Shown here in pieces: positions 1-9,659 of a stretch of DNA of 33,158 bases (the first letter of the stretch is position 1; the number at the start of each line of letters is the position of its first letter). The DNA is from Candidatus Nomurabacteria bacterium (lineage in GTDB: Bacteria > Patescibacteriota > Minisyncoccia > Phycocordibacterales > UBA9973): NCBI GenBank assembly GCA_023267415.1, contig JAHFNM010000005.1, positions 1-33,158 on the forward strand, in the 5' to 3' direction. The position numbers were made by a program, and so were the translations under genes. The notes under the pieces are model-generated. The model saw only the letters and a program-made list of their open reading frames with translations, had not been told where the DNA came from and did not search any database.

Positions 1-1
1 A

Positions 2-2941
2 AAGCTCCAGGAAATTTCCGAGACTGCGCACGAAAAGGCATCTGCCGTCGAGCGCGAAAAACTCGAGAAGCGCCTCTCGCTCATCCGTTCGATGATCACT
101 TCGGGCATCCGTCCTGAATGGATGTTCCTCACCCGCATCCCTGTCATCCCACCAGCACTCCGCCCAATGGTGGCTCTTGAAGGTGGACGCCATGCGACTT
201 CCGACATCAACGATCTCTATCGCCGCGTGATCAACCGAAACAACCGTCTCCGCAAGCTCAAGGAAATCGGCGCGCCAGATGTTATCTTGCGCAACGAAAA
301 GCGAATCTTGCAGGAAGCTGTGGATGCGCTCATCGACAACTCGATCGCTCGCCAGAACGATTCTGTTGCCATGAACCAGGCACAGCGCCGCGCACTCAAA
401 TCTCTTTCCGACAACCTCAAATCAAAACAGGGTCTCTTCCGCCAGAACCTCCTCGGAAAGCGCGTGGACTACTCGGGACGCTCGGTGATCGTCGTGGGTC
501 CTACGCTCAAGCTTTCGCACTGCGGATTGCCGAAGCATATGGCACTCGAGCTCTTCCGTCCGTTCGTCATTTCAAAATTGATCGAAGGGGAACTTGCCTA
601 CAACATTCGCGGAGCGAACCGACTTATTGAAGACGGAATCCCTGAAGTTTGGGCGATCCTCGAAGAAGTGATCAAGGGCAAGCGTGTGCTCCTCAACCGT
701 GCACCGACGCTTCACCGTCTCGGTATTCAGGCCTTCCATCCGATCCTCATCGAAGGAAATGCTATCCAGGTTCACCCACTCGTGTGTGCGGCCTTCAACG
801 CCGACTTCGACGGAGACCAGATGGCAGTATACGTTCCGCTTTCTCGCGAAGCGCAGGCAGAGGCCGGCGATCGCATGGCATCGGAAAAGAACATTCTCAA
901 GCCGCAAAACGGCGAGCCGATCGTTTCAGCAAAGCTGCTCGACATCACGCTCGGTTGTTACTGGATGACGAAAGTAAATGCAAAGACCGAAGGCGAGCAG
1001 AAATCGTTCGGCAGCCCGAATCAGGCCATCACCGCATACGACCTCGATGCGATTTCTCTTCGCGAACCGATCAAAGTGCTCGGCACCGAAAAGGCAAAGT
1101 ATGCATTGTTCAACGGACAGCCGTTTGAGACGACCGTCGGACGCATTCTCTTCAACTCGATCCTTCCCGACGATTTCCCATTCGTGAACGAGACCGTTAG
1201 CCAGAAGCGCATCAACGCCCTCATCGATGAATTCATCATGCACTACGGCATCGAAGAAATGCCGCACCTCCTCGACAAGATCAAAGCATTCGGATTTAAG
1301 TACAGCACGCTCTCAGGTGTGACTTGGGGTATGGACAACGTCCGCGTGCCGGAAGGAAAGAAAGCAGTCGTTGCCAAGGGACGCGCAAGCCAGAAAGAAG
1401 TGGAAGACCAGTACAACGAAGGTCTCCTCTCCGAAGAAGAGCGCTACCGCAAGGTGATCGAAATCTGGGAAGGCACCAAGGGCGAGATCGAAAAACTCCT
1501 CCCTGCCACCCTCGATCCAAACGGCTCAATGTCAGACATGCTTCTCTCACAGGCTCGCGGTTCGATGAGTAACCTCACGCAGATGGCCGGAATGAAAGGA
1601 ATGATCGTCAACCCATCGGGACGCACGATCGACTTCCCGATCATCCCGTCTTTCAAGGAAGGATTTTCTCCGATCGAATACTTCATTTGTACTCACGGTT
1701 CTCGTAAGGGTCTCGCCGACACGGCGCTCAACACTGCGAAGGCCGGATATCTCACTCGCCGTCTCGTAGACGTCGCGCAAGATGTCGTGATCACCGAAGA
1801 AGACTGTGGAACCAAGGATGGAAAGATGATGAAGAAAGACAACGTGCTCGGAATCGAAATTCCGATCAGCAAGCTTCTTCGTGGACGCATCCTTGCCGCC
1901 GATCTTAAGGACAAGGAAGGCAAGGTCATCCACAAGCGCGGATATCTCATCACCAAAGAAGAGGCAATGAACATCGAGAAGATGGGTATCACGGAAGCAT
2001 TCGTGCGCTCGCCGCTCGCATGTAAGACCATCTACGGAATCTGTCAGTCATGTTACGGTCTCGACCTCGGACGCAACCACCTCGTAAAAGTCGGTGAAGC
2101 TGTCGGTATCGTTGCCGCACAGGCGATCGGTGAGCCGGGAACGCAGCTCACGCTTCGAACCTTCCACGCCGGAGGTCTCGCAGGTGTGGACATCACGGCA
2201 GGTCTTCCTCGCGTCGAAGAAATCTTCGAGCGCCGACTTCCAAAGAACCCGGCTGTTGTCGTGCATGAAGACGGCACGGTCATCGACATTCGCATCAACA
2301 CTTCCGAGCGCTCAATCGTTGTTTTGCACGACACCAAGGTGGACGGCAAACCAAACGAAACGATCTACGAATTGCCTCCGCATCGTCAGCCGATCGTGGC
2401 AAAGGGCGACAACGTAGTGAAGGGCCAGCTTATGACCGACGGATCTGCAGATATTGCCGAGATCTTCAAGCATGGCGGTCACGAAAAAGCCGAGGAATAC
2501 ATCATTCACGAAATCAACAAAGTGTACGAATTGCAGGGTGCATCGATCTCGCGCAAGCACATTGAGATCATCATCCGCCAAATGTTCTCACGCCGAAAGA
2601 TCAAGGACGCAGGTGAATCAGGATTCTCTCCAAGCGAGATCGTGGAAGCTGTTGAGCTTCTCGATGAGAACGTCATGCTCAAGGCAAAGGGACTCACTGA
2701 GGCCAAGGCCGAAGCTCTCGTGCTCGGAATCTCCGAGACTGCGCTTACGACCAAATCTTGGCTCTCTGCAGCATCCTTCCAGAACACCAACCGCGTGCTC
2801 ATCACCAACGCGATTCGCGGTGGGGTAGACACACTTCGCGGTCTTAAGGAAAACGTCATCATTGGACGCCTCATCCCAGCAGGTACCGGATACGTGGACA
2901 AGCGCACTGACAAAAAAGAAGAAACCGAAGAAGAGAAATAA
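2..2941 (+). CDS. rpoC: DNA-directed RNA polymerase subunit beta-prime, C-terminal ~980 aa (5'-partial, enters from upstream)
   Basis: The frame is open from base 2 ([12 protein letters not shown]... precedes the listed Met at 92). It carries the catalytic NADFDGDQM motif, [16 protein letters not shown] and a C-terminal IPAGTG. Stop is TAA at 2939-2941. Confidence 0.97.
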   Translation, partial: KLQEISETAHEKASAVEREKLEKRLSLIRSMITSGIRPEWMFLTRIPVIPPALRPMVALEGGRHATSDINDLYRRVINRNNRLRKLKEIGAPDVILRNEKRILQEAVDALIDNSIARQNDSVAMNQAQRRALKSLSDNLKSKQGLFRQNLLGKRVDYSGRSVIVVGPTLKLSHCGLPKHMALELFRPFVISKLIEGELAYNIRGANRLIEDGIPEVWAILEEVIKGKRVLLNRAPTLHRLGIQAFHPILIEGNAIQVHPLVCAAFNADFDGDQMAVYVPLSREAQAEAGDRMASEKNILKPQNGEPIVSAKLLDITLGCYWMTKVNAKTEGEQKSFGSPNQAITAYDLDAISLREPIKVLGTEKAKYALFNGQPFETTVGRILFNSILPDDFPFVNETVSQKRINALIDEFIMHYGIEEMPHLLDKIKAFGFKYSTLSGVTWGMDNVRVPEGKKAVVAKGRASQKEVEDQYNEGLLSEEERYRKVIEIWEGTKGEIEKLLPATLDPNGSMSDMLLSQARGSMSNLTQMAGMKGMIVNPSGRTIDFPIIPSFKEGFSPIEYFICTHGSRKGLADTALNTAKAGYLTRRLVDVAQDVVITEEDCGTKDGKMMKKDNVLGIEIPISKLLRGRILAADLKDKEGKVIHKRGYLITKEEAMNIEKMGITEAFVRSPLACKTIYGICQSCYGLDLGRNHLVKVGEAVGIVAAQAIGEPGTQLTLRTFHAGGLAGVDITAGLPRVEEIFERRLPKNPAVVVHEDGTVIDIRINTSERSIVVLHDTKVDGKPNETIYELPPHRQPIVAKGDNVVKGQLMTDGSADIAEIFKHGGHEKAEEYIIHEINKVYELQGASISRKHIEIIIRQMFSRRKIKDAGESGFSPSEIVEAVELLDENVMLKAKGLTEAKAEALVLGISETALTTKSWLSAASFQNTNRVLITNAIRGGVDTLRGLKENVIIGRLIPAGTGYVDKRTDKKEETEEEK

Positions 2942-2953
2942 GAGTTCTATAAC

Positions 2954-3030
2954 TGTGTCATTCCAGGCTCGACCCGGAATCCACGAAGAGATTCTAAAAT
3001 CATGGATGCCGGACCGCGGTCCGGCATGAC
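2954..3030. repeat. Nested palindromic intergenic element, copy A (two inverted hairpin units)
   Basis: TGTGTCATTCCAGG-N6-CCCGGAATCCACGAAGA...ATGGATGCCGGAC-CGCG-GTCCGGCATGAC. It is collinear with the copy at 23393-23468 and the half copy at 10996-11026. Confidence 0.75.
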
Positions 3031-3043
3031 GCGATGACTCCGC

Positions 3044-4831
3044 ATGATGTCATCCTCATCCGTAGAAAAAATCAAAGAAAAACTCTCGATTGTCGATGTT
3101 GTTTCTTCCTACCTGAAACTCGAAAAAGCCGGATCAAACTACAAGGCGATCTGTCCCTTTCATAACGAAAAATCTCCTTCGTTCTTCATCTCTCCGGGCC
3201 GAAGCAGCTACTACTGCTTCGGTTGCGGGGCGAAAGGGGACATCTTCTCATTCGTCGAGCAATTCGAAGGACTTGATTTCAAGGGCGCACTCCAGACACT
3301 GGCCAAGCGCGCCGGCGTTGAGCTTGAGGCTTATCGCGGAAGCGATCCGAAAGAGCGCAATGAAAAAGATCGTCTGTACGAATTGATGGAGCATGCGACG
3401 CGTTTCTACGAAACGCAGTTTGCTGAAAACGCCGAAGCAAAGGCATACATCGAAAGCCGGGGACTTACCGCAGAGAGCATCAAACATTTCCGCATCGGAT
3501 TTGCGCCCGCAGACTGGCGCAAGCTCACCGACGCACTCCGCGCATCGGGATTTACCGATGCCGAGATCGTTTCTTCTGGATTGGCAAAGCATCCCGACGA
3601 CAAGCCGCAAGGGGAAATATACGACCGCTTCCGCGACCGCGTGATGTTTCCGATCGGCGACTCCGGAGCGCGCATCATCGCATTTTCTGGACGCCTGCTT
3701 CATGATGACGGCTCCGGCGTGCAAGGCAAATACATCAACTCTCCCGAGACTCCGATATTCAAAAAAGGTTCCGTGCTCTACGGACTCGATAAGGCAAAGT
3801 TTGAGATCAGAAAGCGCGATAGTGCGATCCTCGTCGAAGGACAGATGGATCTCGTGCTCTCGCATCAGGCCGGATTCTCGAACACTGTTGCCTCAAGTGG
3901 CACAGCGCTCGGCGATTCGTTACTCTCAGATGCAGGTCTTGGAGCGCTCTCCGGACTTGGACAGGTGCACGCGCTTTCCAAAAATCTCGTCATTGCATTC
4001 GATGCGGACAAGGCTGGCATGAAGGCTGCAGGTCGCGCAGAAAAGATCGGACTATCGATCGGCATGAACGTGAAAGTCGCTAAGCTTCCAAAGGATATGG
4101 ATCCAGCCGATGTCATTCGCACGGAAGGCGCAGGGCAGTGGAAGAAGATTATCGACGGAGCGCAGCATATCGTCCTCTTTTATCTCTCCGTGCTCGCCGA
4201 ATCACAACTCACCGAACATACCCGCATGCGTGCAGTTCGTGATAAAATTCTTCCATACATTGCCGTTATGCCTTCGGCTGTCGAGCGCGTCCACTTCATT
4301 CGCGAAATTCACCTCAAAACCGGCATTCCGGAAGAGGCGCTCGCCGAAGACGTGATTCGCCTGATGTCGAATGCAGAATATATTCCTAGGCCCGCTCCTA
4401 CCGCCGCTCCGCAGTCCCGCGAAGCTTCCCGCACTACCCGAATCGAAGAGAGACTGTTTGGCATCCTCCTTTGGCAAGAACAACTCTCTCCCGCTCACAT
4501 TGATACTGAAGCCGTTCGAAAAAGACTGAAGGAGATCATCGGAGAAGCTCGGTTCAAGGAATTGTATGAAAGCGCTGAAGAAAAGAAACAGGAACGCATA
4601 TTCGAAGTCGAGTCGCTCTACGAAGATCCCGTCCGACTGGCAAGAGACGCAGAAGAACTACTCGACAATCTTGAAGAAGAATCGCTCGGCAGAGAACTCG
4701 AAGAACTAATGGCCAAAATGACCGAAGCTGAACGTTCAGAAGGAAGTACCTCAATTGCCGACATACTGGAAAAATCGCAAGCAATCACCAACCGCCTCAA
4801 TACCATTAAAAATAGTCGCTTTAAGAATTAA
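3044..4831 (+). CDS. dnaG: DNA primase
   Basis: CHC2 zinc finger [30 protein letters not shown] and TOPRIM motifs ([15 protein letters not shown]). It sits directly upstream of rpoD, as in the classical dnaG-rpoD arrangement. Confidence 0.95.
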   Translation: MMSSSSVEKIKEKLSIVDVVSSYLKLEKAGSNYKAICPFHNEKSPSFFISPGRSSYYCFGCGAKGDIFSFVEQFEGLDFKGALQTLAKRAGVELEAYRGSDPKERNEKDRLYELMEHATRFYETQFAENAEAKAYIESRGLTAESIKHFRIGFAPADWRKLTDALRASGFTDAEIVSSGLAKHPDDKPQGEIYDRFRDRVMFPIGDSGARIIAFSGRLLHDDGSGVQGKYINSPETPIFKKGSVLYGLDKAKFEIRKRDSAILVEGQMDLVLSHQAGFSNTVASSGTALGDSLLSDAGLGALSGLGQVHALSKNLVIAFDADKAGMKAAGRAEKIGLSIGMNVKVAKLPKDMDPADVIRTEGAGQWKKIIDGAQHIVLFYLSVLAESQLTEHTRMRAVRDKILPYIAVMPSAVERVHFIREIHLKTGIPEEALAEDVIRLMSNAEYIPRPAPTAAPQSREASRTTRIEERLFGILLWQEQLSPAHIDTEAVRKRLKEIIGEARFKELYESAEEKKQERIFEVESLYEDPVRLARDAEELLDNLEEESLGRELEELMAKMTEAERSEGSTSIADILEKSQAITNRLNTIKNSRFKN

Positions 4832-4838
4832 TAAACCC

Positions 4839-6140
4839 ATGGCCAAGAAAAAAGTCATACAAAAGAAAAAAGTGATCATAAAAAAAACGACGGTAAAGAA
4901 GGCGGTCAAGAAAGCTGTGAAAAAACCGATCAAAAAAATCGTCAAGAAGCCAGCGAAGAAAGTAGTGGTCAAAAAGCCCGCAAAGGCCAAGAAGCCCCTA
5001 AAGGTAAAAAAGCCTAAGGCTATAAAGTCGAACGGTGCTATCACCGCCGGCCGAGCAAACGTCAAAAAATCCAAGGCAAATCTCTCGCCACTTGAGCGTT
5101 CAGCCGAACTCGTAGCAAAGGGTCGCAAGCGCGGATTCATCACATTCGACGAGATTCTTCGCTCGTTCCCAAACATTGAGACCGATATCGACTTTCTCGA
5201 CGTTCTCTACGATCAGCTCAACACCGCCGGCATCGACGTTCTTGAAGGTGGAAACCTTCTCGACATCGACACTATCGAAGGAGGCAAGGACGAGAAGCAC
5301 GATCCAAGCTACGACTCCATCCAAATGTACCTCAAGGAGATCGGTCAGTATCCGCTCATCCACGCTGCCGAAGAAAAGGATCTTGCTCGCCGAATCGAAG
5401 CAGGGGACTTGGAAGCCAAGAATCTCCTTGCTCGCGCAAACCTTCGCCTCGTCGTTTCGATCGCCAAGAAATACGTGGGACGCTCGAGCGATCTCACACT
5501 CCTCGACCTTATTCAGGAAGGAAACCTCGGTCTCTTCAAGGCTGTAGAAAAATTCGACTGGACAAAGGGTTACAAATTCTCGACCTACGCGACATGGTGG
5601 ATCCGCCAGTCGATCACTCGCGCGCTTGCCGACCAGTCCCGCACCATCCGCATTCCCGTGCACATGGTTGAGACCATTTCAAAATACAAGCAAGTCTACC
5701 GCCGTCTCGCTCAAGACCTTGGACGTGATCCACTCGCCGAAGAGATCGCGATCGAAATGGGAATCGATGTGGAAAAAGTCCATGTGATCGAAAACATTTC
5801 GCAGGATACCGTCTCACTCGAACAGCCGATCGGCGACGACGATGAGAAGTCGACCCGCGGTGAATTCATCGCTGACGACAAGATCCTCCGTCCCGACCAG
5901 GATGCAAGCTACCGCATCCTTCAGGACCAGGTCCGCAGCGTGCTCGACGAACTCTCTCCAAAGGAGCGTAAGATCCTTGAGATGCGCTACGGTCTCTCCG
6001 ATGGCGTCCAGCACACGCTCGAAGAAGTAGGAACCGAATTCGGCGTCACCCGCGAACGTATCCGCCAAATCGAAGCCAAAGTGCATGAAAAGCTTCGCAC
6101 CCACGAGCGCATCCTTCGACTCAAAAATTACTTCGACTAA
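4839..6140 (+). CDS. rpoD: Primary (sigma-70 family) RNA polymerase sigma factor with Lys-rich N-terminal tail
   Basis: The track Met at 4755 overlaps dnaG, so I trimmed the start to ATG 4839, 8 nt after the dnaG stop. Region 2 is [40 protein letters not shown], region 3.0 is IRIPVHM, and region 4.2 is [23 protein letters not shown]. Confidence 0.93.
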   Translation: MAKKKVIQKKKVIIKKTTVKKAVKKAVKKPIKKIVKKPAKKVVVKKPAKAKKPLKVKKPKAIKSNGAITAGRANVKKSKANLSPLERSAELVAKGRKRGFITFDEILRSFPNIETDIDFLDVLYDQLNTAGIDVLEGGNLLDIDTIEGGKDEKHDPSYDSIQMYLKEIGQYPLIHAAEEKDLARRIEAGDLEAKNLLARANLRLVVSIAKKYVGRSSDLTLLDLIQEGNLGLFKAVEKFDWTKGYKFSTYATWWIRQSITRALADQSRTIRIPVHMVETISKYKQVYRRLAQDLGRDPLAEEIAIEMGIDVEKVHVIENISQDTVSLEQPIGDDDEKSTRGEFIADDKILRPDQDASYRILQDQVRSVLDELSPKERKILEMRYGLSDGVQHTLEEVGTEFGVTRERIRQIEAKVHEKLRTHERILRLKNYFD

Positions 6141-6163
6141 CCCTCTCCTTATTGAGGAGAGGG
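6141..6163. repeat. CCCTCTCC/GGAGAGGG hairpin abutting the rpoD stop codon, flanked by direct TCGACT
   Basis: CCCTCTCC (6141-6148), a 7-nt loop, then GGAGAGGG (6156-6163). TCGACT occurs at 6133-6138 and again at 6164-6169. There is no U-tract after the hairpin. Confidence 0.6.
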
Positions 6164-6245
6164 TCGACTCGTAATCGAGCGGGGTGAGGTGATCGCATCT
6201 CTCATTTACCCTCACCAGGTGAGTGTAAAGCGGGTAAGGTCTAAT

Positions 6246-6358
6246 GGGACGCCGGGATGTGATTACACATTCTCGTTGCCCTCACAGAGGGCGCCGGTAG
6301 GATTACCTTCTCGTTGCCCGCTAAAGGGACGCCGGGATGTGATTACACATTCTCGTTG
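6246..6358. repeat. Short tandem repeat, three ~40-bp units (two identical 33-mers plus a degenerate middle unit)
   Basis: GGGACGCCGGGATGTGATTACACATTCTCGTTG occurs at 6246-6278 and 6326-6358. A degenerate copy GGGCGCCGGTAGGATTACCTTCTCGTTGCC lies at 6289-6318. Each unit contains the small palindrome ATGTG-ATTA-CACAT. Confidence 0.8.
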
Positions 6359-6490
6359 TCCACAGATTTGCCTTTGCGTATGTTGCATGGTCTAAAATTT
6401 GATATAATTAAAAGGTCAAGATTTTTAGCCCTTCGGGGCGACCATTATTAGTTAGTGTGCCAGTATATTTTTATGATGAAAGGATGTGGA

Positions 6491-6709
6491 ATGCATAAGC
6501 TCTCAGGAGCTCTCGTATTTATCGGAGGTCTTAACTGGGGTCTTGTCGGAATCGGCATGCTCATGGGTAGCGACTGGAACGTCGTTCACATGATCCTCGG
6601 ATCATGGCCAACAGTTGAGGCTATCGTATACGTGGTTGTTGGTATCGCAGCGATCATGATGCTCGTTGGATGCAAGTGTGCAAAGTGCAAGGCTGCAGCA
6701 ACTATGTAA
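6491..6709 (+). CDS. DUF378-family small membrane protein
   Basis: IGGLNWGLVG motif and two hydrophobic helices. AAAGGA lies 6 nt upstream of ATG 6491; earlier in-frame ATGs at 6473 and 6476 lack a Shine-Dalgarno sequence. A terminator follows immediately. Confidence 0.8.
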   Translation: MHKLSGALVFIGGLNWGLVGIGMLMGSDWNVVHMILGSWPTVEAIVYVVVGIAAIMMLVGCKCAKCKAAATM

Positions 6710-6729
6710 TATTGGTTTTTTTTCAAGAA

Positions 6730-6764
6730 AAGGCCGATTTCGCTTCGCGAAATCGGCCTTTTCT
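6730..6764 (+). terminator. Intrinsic terminator
   Basis: AAGGCCGATTT, a 9-nt loop, AAATCGGCCTT, then TTTCTC. Confidence 0.8.
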
Positions 6765-6830
6765 CTAACTCATTTTTATGCTAGATTGAAGTGCAATCGC
6801 ACCCGCCTCGGAAGCTCGCATTCGCCCAAA

Positions 6831-8075
6831 ATGGACTCTATCTTCAACGCTATTTTCTATGCTTTTACCTTCTGCGCAGTCTACGTGGAGATCTTCTTTC
6901 TCTTCACTTTTTTGGAGCGTCGGGGGGAAATCGTCACCAAGCTCGACGATCGGCCTGATCGCGTGTATCCAAGTGTGACTGTGATCGTGCCATGTTGGAA
7001 CGAAGAGAATACCGTTCAAGGCACTGTCGACTCTCTCCTCGGCCTCGACTACCCAAAGGATAAGCTCCACATCATGCTTGTGGACGATGGATCGACCGAC
7101 AACACATGGAAGGTCCTCCAGGGATTTACGGAAACCCCAAACATTCAAATATTTCAAAAGGAAAACGGAGGAAAGCACACTGCCATGAATTTGGGTATCA
7201 CTCACGCGACGACGGACTTTATCGGTTGTCTCGACGCCGATTCATTTGTCACTCCGAGCGCGCTCAAGCGCATGATCCCGTACTTCGATGAGCCTGATGT
7301 TATGGCAGTGTCACCATCGATCATTGTAGACGATCCTAAGCGCCATATCGAATGGGCACAGAAGATCGAGTATCAGCTCTCCGTATACATCAAAAAAATG
7401 CTCGGCCTCATGAACGGCATACATGTCACTCCTGGACCGTTTTCAATCTACCGAACAGCCGTATTTAGGAATCTTGGCTTGTATAAGCTCGCACACAAGA
7501 CCGAAGACATGGAGATCGCCTACCGCATGCACGAACACGGCTATCGCATCGAGCAGTGTCATGATGCCGTCGTGAACACCAAGACGCCTCCAACGATATA
7601 CAAGCTCTACAAGCAACGCTTGCGCTGGATCTACGGCTTCATCAATAATACGATCGATTACCGCCGCCTCCTGTTCCGTAAAAAATATGGAACCTTCGCA
7701 TTATTTACCGTTCCTGCCGGAATCGTCTCGATCTTTGCCGCATCGTACCTGTTTATTTTCATGATCTATTCCTGGGGGAAGATCTTGATTCAGAAGATAT
7801 TGCAGATTCAAGCCGTGGGTGTCCAAGCCAGTGCCAGTCCGCACTTTTCTTTCGATTGGTTCTTCGTCAGTACGCACGCCCTTGTGTTTATTTCTATCAT
7901 TCTGTATGGATTTGTATTCCTCTCGCTGCTCATCGGGTCTAAGATGGCAACAGGGAAGTTCCGCCCGTCTTTTGCCATGGTGTGGTACATTGTTATCTAC
8001 AGCATCATAGCGCCGGTATGGATCATTAGCGCGATCTGGAATACGGTGGCGCGGCGGGAGACAGCCTGGCGATAG
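6831..8075 (+). CDS. Family 2 glycosyltransferase, processive beta-glycan synthase-like (membrane-embedded)
   Basis: I trimmed the start to ATG 6831, because the track start at 6666 reads through the upstream terminator. Motifs: VIVPCWNEE, LVDDGSTDNT, DADS and QRLRW (Q-x-x-RW), plus C-terminal TM helices. Confidence 0.9.
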   Translation: MDSIFNAIFYAFTFCAVYVEIFFLFTFLERRGEIVTKLDDRPDRVYPSVTVIVPCWNEENTVQGTVDSLLGLDYPKDKLHIMLVDDGSTDNTWKVLQGFTETPNIQIFQKENGGKHTAMNLGITHATTDFIGCLDADSFVTPSALKRMIPYFDEPDVMAVSPSIIVDDPKRHIEWAQKIEYQLSVYIKKMLGLMNGIHVTPGPFSIYRTAVFRNLGLYKLAHKTEDMEIAYRMHEHGYRIEQCHDAVVNTKTPPTIYKLYKQRLRWIYGFINNTIDYRRLLFRKKYGTFALFTVPAGIVSIFAASYLFIFMIYSWGKILIQKILQIQAVGVQASASPHFSFDWFFVSTHALVFISIILYGFVFLSLLIGSKMATGKFRPSFAMVWYIVIYSIIAPVWIISAIWNTVARRETAWR

Positions 8076-8078
8076 TAT

Positions 8079-8113
8079 CCAATTACGAATTACAAATGAG
8101 GAATTAAGAATTT
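8079..8113. repeat. Period-7 A/T-rich array directly upstream of the 8115 start codon
   Basis: CCAATTA CGAATTA CAAATGA GGAATTA AGAATTT, five exact heptamer phases between the GT2 stop (8073-8075) and ATG 8115. Confidence 0.6.
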
Positions 8114-8114
8114 T

Positions 8115-8810
8115 ATGCAAAATACAAACCACAACCAAAACAGCCTTTCGAAATATGTCATGGTCTTTCTCATTACCGCAGGCCTTTTCGCCACGGTGTT
8201 CTATGTAAGCAATTCACTGACGAACAGGAAGCTCGCTGAGCTCAACACGATCCAAAACAACATCTCTACCGACCTGCTTTCTGCAGAAGCGCAGTATTCG
8301 CTCCTTGGCGAGCTCGATTGTTCGCAAGTCAGCACGACAGTGCTCTCCGACCAGCTCAACGAGCTCTCAAAGAAGATCGAATACCTCGAATCGTCGAGTG
8401 GAAAATCCGATGAACTCACTCAGCTTGAGAAACAATATTCACTTCTTGAGATCAAGGAGTATCTCCTAATGAAGGCTGTCACCAAGCGTTGCGGACAGAA
8501 GTCTGTGTTTATCCTCTATTTCTACACCACGAGCGAGAATTGCAGCTAATGTGTAAAGCAGGGATTTGTACTGACCGATCTTCGCACAAAATATCCGGCA
8601 CTCCGTGTGTACTCATTTGACTACGGACTCAATCTCTCCGCCGTTGAAACACTCATCAAGATCTACGGCATCGAAGACACCAAACTCCCAGCCCTCGTCT
8701 CCGACGGCAATGTATACACAGGATTCCACAGCGTGGCAGACATCGAAAAACTTATACCGATGCTCAAGGATACACTCAAGGTTCAGCCAGCTACGAAAAC
8801 AGTCGAATAA
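8115..8810 (+). pseudogene. Membrane-anchored thioredoxin-fold protein interrupted by one in-frame TAA inside its C-X-X-C motif
   Basis: Track ORFs 8115-8549 and 8607-8810 are in the same frame, separated only by TAA at 8547-8549. The joined reading is ...VFILYFYTTSENCS*CVKQGFVLTDL...RVYSFDY...LPALVSDGNVYTGF. The N-terminus has a TM helix and a coiled-coil-like segment. Confidence 0.7.
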
Positions 8811-8832
8811 TAGGATAGGGAATAAGTCTTAG

Positions 8833-8858
8833 AAAAAGCCTTCACGTGAAGGCTTTTT
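8833..8858 (+). terminator. Intrinsic terminator
   Basis: AAAAAGCCTTCACGTGAAGGCTTTTT: a palindromic stem with a flanking A-run and T-run. Confidence 0.85.
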
Positions 8859-8864
8859 CGATGC

Positions 8865-8893
8865 TTGCTTTTTATTAAAATATGTGATATAAT
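8865..8893 (+). promoter_or_regulatory. Sigma-70-type promoter (extended -10)
   Basis: TTGCTT, 17-nt spacer, TATAAT, with TG one base upstream of the -10 element. It lies 35 nt upstream of ATG 8929. Confidence 0.6.
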
Positions 8894-8928
8894 ATGAATG
8901 ATAAAGTCACTCTTAAAAAACTGTATAA

Positions 8929-9369
8929 ATGAAAAAAATTATTTTTGGATTCCTGCTTCTTTTTTCGGTCATTCAGTATGGATTTGCACAGAAAGATAGC
9001 AGAACGAAATTTAAAATATTGACCTCGGCAACTATGCCTGACTTTCAGAAAGCTGCACTGTATATCAAAGAAAAAGGCTACCACCTTCCAGAAAAGAATG
9101 CGTATATACTCGATGTCGACAGTATCCAGATGCGTCTCGTATTCATTTCTGACAAAAGTGACAGCGGCTGGGATCAAATCGGTGTTGCCAACGAAGACTA
9201 CCAATTCGTCATGTATAGAAATGGTGGACTAAATCCTAAATTTTCGGATGAGGTCAAAGAAATTTCGCTTGAGGAAGAACTGAAGATAATGCGTATCGGC
9301 ATTCGAATAACATGCATTACGGACAAGGAGCGGGGTTTCCCGATGCCGCCTGTTTTGCAGAAGAAATAA
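8929..9369 (+). CDS. Hypothetical secreted protein (N-terminal signal peptide)
   Basis: MKKIIFGFLLLFSVIQYGFA-QK looks like a signal peptide. The gene has its own promoter and terminator and is AT-richer than its neighbours. I recognise no family. Confidence 0.7.
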   Translation: MKKIIFGFLLLFSVIQYGFAQKDSRTKFKILTSATMPDFQKAALYIKEKGYHLPEKNAYILDVDSIQMRLVFISDKSDSGWDQIGVANEDYQFVMYRNGGLNPKFSDEVKEISLEEELKIMRIGIRITCITDKERGFPMPPVLQKK

Positions 9370-9382
9370 GTATTCATTAAAT

Positions 9383-9420
9383 GAAATCGGCGTGGAAAAA
9401 TACCACGCCGATTTTTCTTT
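9383..9420. terminator. Bidirectional intrinsic terminator
   Basis: AAATCGGCGTGG, a 7-nt loop, CCACGCCGATTT, then TTTCTTTT on the plus strand. A-rich flank on the other side. Confidence 0.8.
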
Positions 9421-9614
9421 TGAGCCGCTTGTCAGATTTGCCTGCGACTAAAGTATTTTTCGATTCGGTCACGAATCACTAAGTCTGCTCGTATCGGATT
9501 ACCGACACTGTGCGGACTAAGTGATCTCGACCCCGCCTCGCCCGTCGCAGGGCGACATGGCTGTGGCTTTCGAATCTGAACGTACATGAAGCAGTTCATG
9601 TACTCAAGCGGCTC
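9421..9614 (-). other. 194-bp structured element bounded by inverted copies of the tRNA-Thr 3' end (MITE-like element, att scar or tRNA-derived RNA)
   Basis: 9421-9437 is identical to 9659-9675 (GAGCCGCTTGTCAGATT), which is the tRNA-Thr 3' end. 9569-9581 plus 9604-9614 is the same sequence inverted, split by a 22-nt perfect hairpin. The termini GAGCCGCTTG and CAAGCGGCTC pair perfectly. Confidence 0.6.
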
Positions 9615-9620
9615 AAAAAG

Positions 9621-9652
9621 AAAAATCCCTCAGGATATCCTGAGGGATTTTT
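9621..9652. terminator. Bidirectional intrinsic terminator
   Basis: AAAAATCCCTCAGGATATCCTGAGGGATTTTT. Confidence 0.8.
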
Positions 9653-9659
9653 GCATATG

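Noticed and set aside
4755-4838. 5'-extended track starts: rpoD 4755, GT2 6666, DUF378 6455, ddl 29286, 26606 (TTG), 26962 and 29328.
   Set aside because: The extensions overlap the upstream gene or run through terminators and repeats, and they add non-homologous residues. Internal ATGs match the family N-termini and/or have Shine-Dalgarno sequences or TAATG coupling.
6246-6358. Possible mini-CRISPR: two identical 33-nt repeats with intervening sequence.
   Set aside because: There are only two perfect copies. The intervening 'spacer' is itself a degenerate copy of the repeat, so this is a tandem repeat. No cas genes or leader are present in the window.
6189-6395. 68-aa track ORF downstream of rpoD.
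   Set aside because: It is a translation of the tandem DNA repeats, so the peptide repeats itself (RDVITHSRC twice). This is a repeat artefact.
8547-8549. The in-frame TAA could reflect a reassigned stop codon, meaning an alternative genetic code.
   Set aside because: Many well-supported genes here terminate at TAA at the expected protein ends (rpoC, dnaG, rpoD, gdh), and no other conserved gene needs TAA read-through. TGA and TAG also act as stops, as at 26603 and 8073.
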